Below are positions 38,880 to 48,423 of a stretch of 64,000 bases of DNA, piece after piece. The number at the start of each line of letters is the position of its first letter. The stretch's first letter is position 1. The position numbers and the translations under genes are program-made. The notes below the pieces were generated by a model. The model saw only the letters and a program-made list of their open reading frames with translations, was not told the origin of the DNA and made no database searches. This stretch comes from Candidatus Hydrogenedentota bacterium (GTDB lineage Bacteria; Hydrogenedentota; Hydrogenedentia; Hydrogenedentales; JAGMZX01), in the NCBI GenBank assembly GCA_029556545.1, contig JAKQEQ010000193.1, positions 15,262 through 79,261 of the forward strand, given 5' to 3'.

Positions 38880-40202
38880 ATGGGAATCGCCGCGGATATT
38901 CGGAGGTTGGTGGACCGCACGCCGTTCGTGGACACCCACGAGCACTTGTGGGAGGAATCCGTGCGCTTGCGGGCCCTTGATCTTGAGGACGAAAGCAAGA
39001 TGCCCGCGCCGGACATCGGCATGTTGTTCAGTCATTACACCGATTCGGACCTGAAAGTCGCGGGTATGCCGGGCGACGCGCTGGCCGTCGCGTTTCGCTG
39101 GGACATCGCGCCGCGGGACAAGTGGAAGGCCCTCGAACCGTATTATCGCCGGACCCACAATACCGGGTACATGATGAATGTCCGCGAATCGCTCCGGCTG
39201 CTTTATGACGAGGACGACCTGCGCGCGGACAACGTCGAGCGCATCTCGGCGAAGATGCGCGCCGCCGTGCAGCCCGGTTTCTATCGCGTCGTCCTGCGCG
39301 ACTTCGCGAACATCGAATATGCGCAGGTGAACTGCATCGAGGGCCCCATCTTCGGCGAGACCGCGCAGCCCGACCTGCTCGCGCAGGACCTCAGTTTCGC
39401 CGCGTTGAGCGCGGCGGGCGACCGCGATCGGCTCGCGGCGGAGGCCGGCGTGACCCTGAAGGGCCTGAAAGACTGGCACGCCGTCATCGACTGGGCCTTC
39501 GAGACCTACGGCCCGCGCGCCATCGCGGTCAAAAGCCAGAACGCTTACGCGCGCGGCCTGGACTATGCCCGCGTCGCGGCGGAGGAAGCCGCGCCGTACT
39601 TCGAGAAGATGCTGCGGGACAGGGGCGCGCTCGAGGCCGCCGAGCGCAAGGCCGTCGAGGACCACCTGTTCCACTATTGCGTTCACAAGGCGACGGAATA
39701 CGATCTGCCGGTCAAACTGCACACCGGCTACTACGCCGGGCACAACTCGATTCCCCTCGGGCGGCTTCAGGGCAACCCCGCCGAAATGTGCGAGTTGTGC
39801 CGTGCGCATCCCGACGCGCGCTTCGTCTTCATGCACATCACGTACCCCTACCACGACCACATCATCGCCGCCGCCAAACACTGGCCCAACGCCTACATCG
39901 ACATGTGCTGGGCGTGGATCATCAACCCGATGGCCTGCGTTCGGTTCGTGAAGGAGTTCCTCGGCGCGGCCCCCGCCTGCAAACTCCTCACCTTCGGCGG
40001 TGACTACCGCCCTGTCGAGATGGTCCCCGGCCATGCCGCCGTCGCGCGCCGCGGCCTCGCGCAGGCGCTCTCGGAACTCGTCGAGGAACGCTGGCTCCGT
40101 GAAGCCGAACTCGAAGCACTGACGGACTGCCTCATGCGCGGCAACGCCCACGAGCTATTCGACCTCGAACGGACGTTGAAGAATTGGAATAAGGTGCAAT
40201 AG
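38880..40202 (+). CDS. amidohydrolase-2-family metal-dependent hydrolase (TIM barrel)
   Basis: FVDTHEHLW at the N-terminus (metal-binding HxH) and FMHITYPYHDHII later; the amidohydrolase_2 pattern. Confidence 0.75.
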   Translation: MGIAADIRRLVDRTPFVDTHEHLWEESVRLRALDLEDESKMPAPDIGMLFSHYTDSDLKVAGMPGDALAVAFRWDIAPRDKWKALEPYYRRTHNTGYMMNVRESLRLLYDEDDLRADNVERISAKMRAAVQPGFYRVVLRDFANIEYAQVNCIEGPIFGETAQPDLLAQDLSFAALSAAGDRDRLAAEAGVTLKGLKDWHAVIDWAFETYGPRAIAVKSQNAYARGLDYARVAAEEAAPYFEKMLRDRGALEAAERKAVEDHLFHYCVHKATEYDLPVKLHTGYYAGHNSIPLGRLQGNPAEMCELCRAHPDARFVFMHITYPYHDHIIAAAKHWPNAYIDMCWAWIINPMACVRFVKEFLGAAPACKLLTFGGDYRPVEMVPGHAAVARRGLAQALSELVEERWLREAELEALTDCLMRGNAHELFDLERTLKNWNKVQ

Positions 40203-40337
40203 TCGTTCATGCATGATGAGTACCGGACGTGGCACGGCAAAGACTCTCGTTATGGAGTGGCTGGAGCCTCATAATCACGAATGACGCGGACGACACGAGT
40301 GCGACCGTGTCGTGAAGCGAATCCGTCTTGTGCCGGT

Positions 40338-40420
40338 TGGGTCCCTATCGGTCCCATCGGTCCTGTCGGTCCTATCGGTCCGATCAGGTCCCTTTGGTCG
40401 CTTTGGTCCTCTTGGCCCCC
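40338..40420. repeat. tandem 9-bp repeats (CGGTCCNNT x5, then TTGGTCNCT x3) between convergent genes
   Basis: ggtccctat cggtcccat cggtcctgt cggtcctat cggtccgat caggtccct ttggtcgct ttggtcctc ttggccccc. Confidence 0.7.
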
Positions 40421-40452
40421 CTTGTGTCGCTTGCTGCGCTCGCCGATGCAAG

Positions 40453-41664
40453 TCAGACCTTGGTTGCCGCCAAAGGCCGCGCGGTGCGCTCCAGCACGCG
40501 CAGAACGTGGACCGACTTCTCCTCGATGCGCCGCTCCCAGGAATTCGCGCGCGCCACGGCCTGGCGCGCCCCGATGCGCGCCGGGTCCCTTTCCGCGAGT
40601 GCGTCCTCGATGCGGTCGAGGAATGCCGGATGCGACTCCGCGATGTACACCACGTCCCGGTACTGGACCACAGCGGGCAGGGCCGCGCTGACGACGGGCT
40701 TGCCGGCGGCGAGGTATTCCTGGAGTTTGAGCGGGTAGATATAGCGGGTGGCTTCGTTGGTCTTGTAGGGAATTAGCGTCACGTCCATGCCTTTGAGATA
40801 GGCGGGCAGCGCCTCGATGGGGCGATTGCCGAGCAGATGGACGTTCGCGACGTTCTTCAGCGGTGTGAGGTCCATATCGGCTCGCGCGGGCCCGACCAGC
40901 ACCAGGGACCAGTCCGGACGTTGCCCGGCGAGAAACAAGATAAGGTCCGCGTCAAACCGCGCGGGGTCGATAACCCCGACCGCGCCGATGACGGGGCGCG
41001 GCAACCGCGCGATGTCCTCGGGCACGACGGTTTCCGGCGCGGCGGCGGCGGCGAAATGGTCGTAGTCCGCGCCGTGATGCACGACATGTAGGTCGGCGTT
41101 CGTTCCGTCGCGGAGCGCCTTGCCCGTCTCGGTGCCGACAAAGACGAGGTCCGCGTCACGGCAGAGGGCCGCATCTATCCATTGGATAACGCGCTTCCCG
41201 GACGGGTCCGGCACATAGTTGTCCCATTCGTCGCAGATGTCGTAGATGGTGAGACTTCGCGGAATGGACGGGACGGCCCCGCCGTGGAGGGGCGAGAAGT
41301 TCCAGAGAACGGGATCACGCATGCCCAATCGCGCCAGTTGCCGACGCACCAGCGCCGCCAAGATGCGCCCGTTCAGCATGAGTGACGCCCGCGCCGCCGC
41401 GAACGGCAGGCGGCCCACCGGCGCGAACACCCGCGGCGGATGATACACGAACAGACGCTCGCGCACTTCCTGGACCGGCGGCCCGTCCCACTGCCCCGCG
41501 CCTTGGGGGTCGGGCGCGCGGAACCGATAAAGGAACGATCGAGGCACGTCCACGTAGAGCACGCGATTCCGCGGGGCCAGTCGCGCGGCGATCTGCTGCG
41601 GCGTGCTCCAACTCGCGCGCCAATCGGCATACGTGTAGATCAGGATGTCGCATCCTTCGAGCAT
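40453..41664 (-). CDS. GT4-family (GT-B) glycosyltransferase
   Basis: Internal ATG 41664. The C-terminal E-x7-E-like region IPYKTNEATRYIYPLKLQEYLAAGKPVVS is typical of GT1/GT4 retaining transferases. Confidence 0.8.
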   Translation of the reverse strand: MLEGCDILIYTYADWRASWSTPQQIAARLAPRNRVLYVDVPRSFLYRFRAPDPQGAGQWDGPPVQEVRERLFVYHPPRVFAPVGRLPFAAARASLMLNGRILAALVRRQLARLGMRDPVLWNFSPLHGGAVPSIPRSLTIYDICDEWDNYVPDPSGKRVIQWIDAALCRDADLVFVGTETGKALRDGTNADLHVVHHGADYDHFAAAAAPETVVPEDIARLPRPVIGAVGVIDPARFDADLILFLAGQRPDWSLVLVGPARADMDLTPLKNVANVHLLGNRPIEALPAYLKGMDVTLIPYKTNEATRYIYPLKLQEYLAAGKPVVSAALPAVVQYRDVVYIAESHPAFLDRIEDALAERDPARIGARQAVARANSWERRIEEKSVHVLRVLERTARPLAATKV

Positions 41665-41917
41665 GGGCCGGCGTATCCTTGGACGTTGCGGTTTCGTATC
41701 GTAGCGCCTCGCGGCGCGGCCCGCAAGACGGCGTCGGTGTCGCCCGAGAACGCGCGTTTCGACGTAAGGGCCGCGAAGTAGGCCGCGGAGCCGGGTTGAA
41801 ATTGCGGAACCGGGCACGGGATACTCGGGCGAACCGCTTGGCGGCTATTGGCCGCCGTCAATCGACGTCGCGCCTTAACGGCGCAGCGGTTCGCAACTGT
41901 GGGGTCTTTCTTGGCCT

Positions 41918-44602
41918 ATGACTCGGCGCATCGAGAACCCTGACCGCGCGCGGAAACCGCTGACGCTCGGGATCCGCGCGGCGTTGCTCCTGTCCCTGGC
42001 CGCATTGGTGGCGCTAATGACCGCGGGCGCGCTGGTCGTGGGCTACGTCGAGCGGCATCTCGCGGTCGAGGAGTGCGCCGACGCCGTCGTGCGCGGCGGA
42101 TTGGACCGCATGGAGGCGGAACTCGACGGGCTGCTCGGTCCCGTCTACGACCGCGTCCACACAGTTCGGGACTGGACCATGCGCCGCACGTTGCCGCTGC
42201 GGGACCCGACCGCGATGTTTCACACATTGCAGCCGCTTATCGAGAGCACGCCCATTGTGCGCGGTGTCATGTTCTACTCGAATGAGGCCTCGTTCTCCTT
42301 GCGCCGCGACGACGGCGGCTGGGTTTCCCGCGCGCGGCGCCTCGACGAAGACCTCGATGTCGCCGTCGCGTATTGGGACGACCGCGGCAATCTGATCCGC
42401 GAGGAACACGAGGCGCCCTCGTCCGCGCCGCCCACGGGCGAGCCCCTGTTTCGCGAGGCGCTTGTCCGCTGCCGGGCGCGCGGCGACCAGGACGGCGCCG
42501 GGCGCGTGGACATCTGCTGGGAATTGCCCGGCGCGGAAGGCCCCGACGCCGCCTTGCGTCTTGCGTTCGCCGTCGGACCGGGGCCGCGCGAGACCGCGGT
42601 CTCCTTTGAACTGGACTTGGCCCGGTTTGCTGAGGCGATCGTCGGGATTCATCCGACCCCCGCCGGTTACGCGGTTGCGTTGCACGAATCCGGTCGTGTG
42701 CTCGGTTTGACGGGGTGGCGGTACGCCGCGGCCACGGCGTGTCCGGTCTTGGAGGAGATCGCACCGTCGGGAATCGGGCGTGCTTACGCGTACTGGGCCT
42801 CCGACGTGAATCAGGGCACGCGCCCGTTCGCTACGGACGCCGCCGACACCACGTGGTGGTGCGCGTTTCGGCGGATGTCATCGCGAAAGGACGCGCCCTT
42901 CGTGTTCGGCGTGGCCGCGCCCCAGCCCGACCTACTGTTCGCGGCGCGACAAGGGCGCGACTACCTGTTGCTGGTCGGCCTGTGGGGTATGGTGGCCGCG
43001 GGCGCGCTGGCGTTCGTTCTTGCCGCCGCCGTGCGTCGACCGGTCCGCCGCTTTGTCGAGCACGTCCAACGCTACGACGCGCTCGAACCCGCCGATAACT
43101 ACTGGCCGCGAAGCCGCGTCACGGAAGTGCGCTCCTTGACCGACGCGCTCGACGAATTGTGCCGCCAGGCGGCCGCGCGCGCGCCCGCCGCCGCGGTTTC
43201 CAGAACGACGGACGTCATACCCGACGCGCAACTCCAGGCGCTCTTCACCGCGCGGAAACAGATGCGCGATGCGCGGGCGCGCCTCGAGGACCTGCGGGCG
43301 CGGCTGCGCGGACAGGAGGCCGCCGACGCCGAGACCGCGCGCCGGGCACGGGAGCAACGCGCACTGTTGCGCGACCTGGTATGTTCGCCCGACATCTGCG
43401 AGGACGACCCGCGAAAAGCGGCGGCTTTGCTCGCGGAGGCCGCCGCGCGGAGCCTCGATGTCGCGCGGGCCGCCGTATGGAGGTTGGATGACGACGGCGT
43501 GCTGACCTGTCTGGACCGTTACGACGCCTCCGCGCAGGCGCATGCCGCGGGCATGTTGTTCTCCCGCGCCGAGTTCCCCGAGCTTTTCGACGCCGTCGGA
43601 GGAAACCCCGCGTTTGCGATCCCGGACGTGAACGGGGATCGTTGGACGCGGCGGCTCGCGGCTGCGATCGGCGGCGCGCCCGCCGCGACCGCGATCATCG
43701 CGTGCGCCATCCGCGAAGACGCGCGCATAGTGGCGCTCCTGCTGTGCGAGCACACCGGCGGCCCCCGCGAATGGACCGAGGACGAGAAGGACCAGGCGAT
43801 TATTCTTGCGCATGTCCTTGCCCCGGCGCGGATCGGCGGCCTGAGCGCCGCGTCGCCGACGCGCGATACGCTCGTAGCGGCGGCGGGAGCCCAGCTCGAC
43901 GCCGCGCCCGTCGTGCTCTGGACAACGGACGCGATAGGGTGCGTCACGTATGTAAGCGGCGCCATCGAGCGCCTTTACGGGTATGCGCGGGAGGAACTGC
44001 TGGGGCGGCCCTTCGCAATGCTCAGCGCGGAAGACGACGGCGCGGCGCGCCTCGAAGTGGTGGCCGATGAAACGGATGACGCGGCGCTGCGGTCGTATGT
44101 GAGTACGCACCGCCGCAAGAACGGCGAAACGATGGACGTGCGGGTCGCGTCCGCGCCGCTGCGCAATCCGGAAGGGGCGTGCGTCGGCAGGGTGGGCGTT
44201 ATCGAAGCGGTGGACGAGGCCGCGCGCCTGGCCGAGGTGGGGCATCTGTTGCGCTTCCTCGCCGCGCGGGACGAACACCTGCTCCTGGCCGTGGACCGGT
44301 CCGGGCGCGTGCTCTGGCTGACGCTGTCGCCGTCCCTCGAAGACCGCCTCGAGGTCGACTTGCGCGAGGCCGCCGGCTCGAGTTTCCATGACCTGCTCCG
44401 GTCCTGGCGCGCGGCGGAACAGCAGGAGACCTTCTTCGAGACCTTGCGAACCTGCGCCGTGCGCGACGCGGTGTTCGCGGCGCAGTTTCCCGGCGGAAGC
44501 TACGAATTCGAGGCGACATTTATCCCGTTGCCGGAACGGGGCGAAGTCGCCCGCGTGTTGGTGTGCATGCGTGATGTTACGCTCGGCGGCGCCCGCACGT
44601 AG
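41918..44602 (+). CDS. membrane-anchored sensory protein: periplasmic domain between two TM helices, coiled coil, GAF and PAS domains, no recognisable output domain
   Basis: TM1 at residues about 20-45 and TM2 about 345-370 (LLLVGLWGMVAAGALAFVLAAAV). The cytoplasmic region has GAF-like and PAS-like segments. No H-box, GGDEF, EAL or HTH was found. Confidence 0.7.
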   Translation: MTRRIENPDRARKPLTLGIRAALLLSLAALVALMTAGALVVGYVERHLAVEECADAVVRGGLDRMEAELDGLLGPVYDRVHTVRDWTMRRTLPLRDPTAMFHTLQPLIESTPIVRGVMFYSNEASFSLRRDDGGWVSRARRLDEDLDVAVAYWDDRGNLIREEHEAPSSAPPTGEPLFREALVRCRARGDQDGAGRVDICWELPGAEGPDAALRLAFAVGPGPRETAVSFELDLARFAEAIVGIHPTPAGYAVALHESGRVLGLTGWRYAAATACPVLEEIAPSGIGRAYAYWASDVNQGTRPFATDAADTTWWCAFRRMSSRKDAPFVFGVAAPQPDLLFAARQGRDYLLLVGLWGMVAAGALAFVLAAAVRRPVRRFVEHVQRYDALEPADNYWPRSRVTEVRSLTDALDELCRQAAARAPAAAVSRTTDVIPDAQLQALFTARKQMRDARARLEDLRARLRGQEAADAETARRAREQRALLRDLVCSPDICEDDPRKAAALLAEAAARSLDVARAAVWRLDDDGVLTCLDRYDASAQAHAAGMLFSRAEFPELFDAVGGNPAFAIPDVNGDRWTRRLAAAIGGAPAATAIIACAIREDARIVALLLCEHTGGPREWTEDEKDQAIILAHVLAPARIGGLSAASPTRDTLVAAAGAQLDAAPVVLWTTDAIGCVTYVSGAIERLYGYAREELLGRPFAMLSAEDDGAARLEVVADETDDAALRSYVSTHRRKNGETMDVRVASAPLRNPEGACVGRVGVIEAVDEAARLAEVGHLLRFLAARDEHLLLAVDRSGRVLWLTLSPSLEDRLEVDLREAAGSSFHDLLRSWRAAEQQETFFETLRTCAVRDAVFAAQFPGGSYEFEATFIPLPERGEVARVLVCMRDVTLGGART

Positions 44603-44660
44603 GAGCGGGCTCGTGCGTCCGCGCGATACATTGCCGCGACCGGGCAAGAAAGGAGTTGTG

Positions 44661-46799
44661 ATGCTTTATCGGATGCCACACTGTGCCATCCTGTTGGGAA
44701 TTCTCCCGGCGATGCTGTGGACTGTGAGCGCTTGGGCCGAGTCGGCGCCCCATCGTATCGGGCGCTTTCCCCAGGAAATTGCGCATCATTACACTGCTGA
44801 CAACGGCCTGCCCTCGGACGACGTGACGTGCGTGTGGATCGACGGCGGCGGCAGGGTGCTGGCCTTGGCGGGGGGGCAAGTCGTCGTATTCGACGGCGCG
44901 GCGTGGGTCGCCTTGGATGCGCCCACGGTGCCCCCGGCGCCGCAGCCGCGCGCCGCGACGTATCCCGGCAAGCCCACGGCCTACGCGACGCGCGAGGGAC
45001 TGCTCCTCGAGGCGGCCACCGGCGCGCGGACGCCCCTCGATATTCACGACGGGCTGGGCCGCCGCTGGGCCGCGTCGGACGTGCGCGGCGTCGCCTATGA
45101 CCCCGAAGGCCGCCTGTGGTTCGCCACGCTTGCCGGCGCGGGCCATCAAACAACGGAAGGTTGGAAATTCTTCACGGGTCAGGAGGGGCTTCCCTACAAC
45201 GACTTTACCTGCGTCGTGGCCGTGCCGGACGGCGAGATGTGGTTCGGCACGACGAAGGGCGCCATACGTTACGACGGCAAGGAATGGGCCTATCGGCAGG
45301 GGCTGCGCTGGCTGCCCGACGACCACGTGCGCGACATCGCCGTGGACGGCGACGGGAACGTCTGGTTCGCGACGCCGCGCGGCATCGGCCGTATCGAGCG
45401 GCGCATGATGACCCTCGCGGAGAAGGCGGCGCACTACGAAGACGAAATGGACCTGATCCGCCGCACGCCCTTCGGGTACGTCTCGGAAGTCCACCTGAAA
45501 GCGCCCGGCGACAGAAGCGAAATCATCCGCAGCGACAGCGACAACGACGGTCTCTGGACCAGCATGTACGGCGCGGGCGAATGCTTCGCCTACGCGGCCA
45601 CGGGCGACCCGAAGGCGAAAGACCGCGCGAAGCGCGCCTTCGAGGCGCTGCGCTTCTTGCAGAAGGTCACCCAGGGCGCGGAACACAGCCCGCCCCACGG
45701 CTACGTTGCGCGCACCATCCTGCCCACGGACGGCCCCGACCCGAACGTCGGGCGTATCGAGCGGGACCTCGAACATCGCGAGAAGAATGACTCGCTGTGG
45801 AAGATTTACGAGCCGCGCTGGCCCAAGAGCGCCGACGGCCAATGGTATTTCAAGACCGACACCAGTTCCGACGAACTGGACGGGCATTATTTCTTCTATC
45901 CGCTCTATTACGACCTCGTCGCCGACACGGAGGAGGAGAAGGATCGCGTCCGCGAGGTCGTGCGCGATCTTACCAACCATCTCGTCGAACACGGGTTCTA
46001 TCTCGTCGACCATGACGGGACCCCGACACGCTGGGCCGTGTACGGGCCGGCCTCACTCAATAACGATCCCATGTGGTTCCCCGAGCGCGGCCTGAACTCA
46101 TTGAGCATTCTCTCCTACCTCGCCGTCGCCTCGCACGTGACCGGCGACCCGAAATATGACGCGGCCGCGCGCGAACTCATCGACAAGCACGGGTACGCGC
46201 ACAACCTCATGTTCCCGAAGCTCCAATTCGGCGTGGGTTCCGGCAACCAGTCGGACGACGAGATGGCCGTCATGAGTTACTACAGCCTTCTCAAGTGCAC
46301 GAAGGACGAAAAACTCCGCGATCAGGCCCTCGCGTCATTCTACATGTATTGGATTCTTGAACAGCCAGAAATGAACCCCCTTTTCAATTTCGCCTACGCC
46401 GCCCACGGCATCGGCGCGAAGGTCACCGACCCCTACGGCACGTACGGGATTGCGCCATGGCGGGGCTGGATCGAGGACACCGTCGCGACGCTCAAGGGGT
46501 TTTCGCTCGACCGCTGCAACTGGGGCCATCTCAACAGCCACCGCATTGACATCGTGCGTCTGCCCCGGCAACAGGCCTCCGAGCCCACGGTGCCCATGCG
46601 CCGCGACCGCGGCCATCGCGTCAACGGCAAGGTCCTCCCCGTCGAGAACCGCCACTTCGGCCACTGGAACACCGACCCCTGGCAACTCGATTACGGCGGC
46701 GACGGCCGCGAACTGGCAAATGGAACGGTCTTCCTCTTGCCCTACTACATGGGGCTTTATCACGGGTTTATCGAGGAAATCCCCGAAGCCCCGGAGTGA
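44661..46799 (+). CDS. secreted protein with N-terminal two-component-regulator-propeller-like repeats and a C-terminal alpha-helical (possible (alpha/alpha)6 glycosidase-like) domain
   Basis: Internal ATG 44661 with RBS aaggag. Signal MLYRMPHCAILLGILPAMLWTVSAWA. Repeats of the form GLPSDDVTCVWIDGGGRVL / GLPYNDFTCVVAVPDGEMWFGT. Confidence 0.65.
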   Translation: MLYRMPHCAILLGILPAMLWTVSAWAESAPHRIGRFPQEIAHHYTADNGLPSDDVTCVWIDGGGRVLALAGGQVVVFDGAAWVALDAPTVPPAPQPRAATYPGKPTAYATREGLLLEAATGARTPLDIHDGLGRRWAASDVRGVAYDPEGRLWFATLAGAGHQTTEGWKFFTGQEGLPYNDFTCVVAVPDGEMWFGTTKGAIRYDGKEWAYRQGLRWLPDDHVRDIAVDGDGNVWFATPRGIGRIERRMMTLAEKAAHYEDEMDLIRRTPFGYVSEVHLKAPGDRSEIIRSDSDNDGLWTSMYGAGECFAYAATGDPKAKDRAKRAFEALRFLQKVTQGAEHSPPHGYVARTILPTDGPDPNVGRIERDLEHREKNDSLWKIYEPRWPKSADGQWYFKTDTSSDELDGHYFFYPLYYDLVADTEEEKDRVREVVRDLTNHLVEHGFYLVDHDGTPTRWAVYGPASLNNDPMWFPERGLNSLSILSYLAVASHVTGDPKYDAAARELIDKHGYAHNLMFPKLQFGVGSGNQSDDEMAVMSYYSLLKCTKDEKLRDQALASFYMYWILEQPEMNPLFNFAYAAHGIGAKVTDPYGTYGIAPWRGWIEDTVATLKGFSLDRCNWGHLNSHRIDIVRLPRQQASEPTVPMRRDRGHRVNGKVLPVENRHFGHWNTDPWQLDYGGDGRELANGTVFLLPYYMGLYHGFIEEIPEAPE

Positions 46800-46832
46800 C
46801 CATGTCGGAATTCCGGCGGGTTCATCGGTCTA

Positions 46833-48200
46833 TTACGCCCAGTCCTGCTCGATTTCCTCGAGGGTTCTGCCTTCGGTCCTTGGCACGAAGCGCCATACGA
46901 AGAAGAAGCACAGGACGCACATGACGGCGTAGAGGAAGAAGCTGTTGCCGGAGAAGGTTTCGAGCAGCCAGGGAAAGGTCTGCGATACGCCGTAGCACGC
47001 GATCCACAGGCAGACCGTGGCGACGGACATGGCCGTGCCCCGCACGCGGGTCGGGAAGATTTCCGATAGCACCACCCACACCACCGGCCCCATCGCGACG
47101 GCGAACGACGCCACGTAGGCCAATACGAGCAGTAACACGAGCAACCCCTCGAATCGGTCAAGCTGGTACGCGAGGCCCAGCGCGGCCAGCGACGCGCCCA
47201 TGCCGGCGGACGCCACGAGCAACAACCGTTTCCGGCCCACGCGATCGACCACCCAGATGGCGACGAGCGTGAACAGGACGTTCACGACGCCGACAATCAC
47301 GGTTTCGTAGATTGCGGTGTCGGCGGCGCGCCCGACGCTCTTGAAAATCTCGGGCGCGTAATACAGCACGACGTTGATGCCCGTTACTTGTTGCAGCACG
47401 GCGAGGGTGATCCCGACGAACATGGCCATGCGCATGCCCGGTCTGAGCAGTTGCAGCACCGAGCGGTCTTCGTGGGCTATGGCGTCGCCGATCTCGGCCA
47501 TGTCCGCCCGCGCCTGATCCGCGCCGTTGATGCGGGCGAGGGTGGCGAAGGCCGCGACGTTCCGGCCGTTCTTGACGAGCCAGCGCGGGCTCTCGGGCAC
47601 GGCGAAGAGCAGCACGAAGAACAACAGCGCGGGGATCGTCTCGGAGGCGAACATCCAGCGCCAGCCCGAGGCGACGTTCCACGCTTCGCCGCCGATGTGC
47701 ATGCCGAACCGCGCGATCAGGGCATTCACGAAGTAGACGACCAGCATGCCGCCGACGATGGTCAGTTGATTCAGGGATACGAGGCGGCCCCGGATGCGCG
47801 CGGGCGCGACTTCGGCAATGTACAGCGGCGACAGCATGGACGCCGCGCCGACGCCGAGTCCGCCCAATATCCGCGCAATCGCGAATTGCGTCACCGACTC
47901 GGGAATCGCGGACAGGACGGCGGACACCGAAAACAGGACGGCGGAGAGTATGAGCACCTTCTTGCGGCCCAGCCAGTCGCTCAGGACGCCCGCGAAGCAC
48001 GCCCCGACAATGCAGCCGGTCAACGCGCTGGACGCCGCCCAGCCGCGCATGTGCGCATCGAGCCCGAAGTAGTCGCTCAGGTAGCCGATGGCCCCCGAGA
48101 TCACCGCCGTGTCGTAGCCGAAGAGCAGCCCGCCCAACGCCGCCACGGAAGCGAGCACGAAGGCATAACCGGCGCCGCCCTCCGAGTCCTGTCTTGACAT
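46833..48200 (-). CDS. MFS sugar porter (XylE/GalP-type sugar:H+ symporter)
   Basis: Internal ATG 48200. Sugar-transporter signatures GRKKVLILSAVLFSVSA, PESPRWL, VDRVGRKRLLL and PETKGRTLEEI-like PRTEGRTLEEIE. Confidence 0.9.
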   Translation of the reverse strand: MSRQDSEGGAGYAFVLASVAALGGLLFGYDTAVISGAIGYLSDYFGLDAHMRGWAASSALTGCIVGACFAGVLSDWLGRKKVLILSAVLFSVSAVLSAIPESVTQFAIARILGGLGVGAASMLSPLYIAEVAPARIRGRLVSLNQLTIVGGMLVVYFVNALIARFGMHIGGEAWNVASGWRWMFASETIPALLFFVLLFAVPESPRWLVKNGRNVAAFATLARINGADQARADMAEIGDAIAHEDRSVLQLLRPGMRMAMFVGITLAVLQQVTGINVVLYYAPEIFKSVGRAADTAIYETVIVGVVNVLFTLVAIWVVDRVGRKRLLLVASAGMGASLAALGLAYQLDRFEGLLVLLLVLAYVASFAVAMGPVVWVVLSEIFPTRVRGTAMSVATVCLWIACYGVSQTFPWLLETFSGNSFFLYAVMCVLCFFFVWRFVPRTEGRTLEEIEQDWA

Positions 48201-48423
48201 GGTTCCCACGCTTTCCCATAGGCCGATCCGGCCGTGGCGATGCGCCAGAGTCTTCCCCCCGGCGAAAGCCGCGGAGAGGCAAAGGCGACCGCTATCTAAC
48301 AGGAACGGCGACGTGCGATGCAAGCGGATCGCGCGCGCCGCCGTTTGGGGGCGCTGTGCGGGGCCTGCTATATTGCGGGAAGCGTTGATGCCTTGAAGAA
48401 GCGATACGGGGAGAACCACGATC

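Noticed and set aside
40281-40776. Overlapping plus-strand ORFs across the 9-bp tandem array (collagen-like PIGPIGPV translation)
   Set aside because: No credible start or RBS. The downstream sequence is antisense to the GT4 gene, and all three frames are open, which is typical of a GC artefact.
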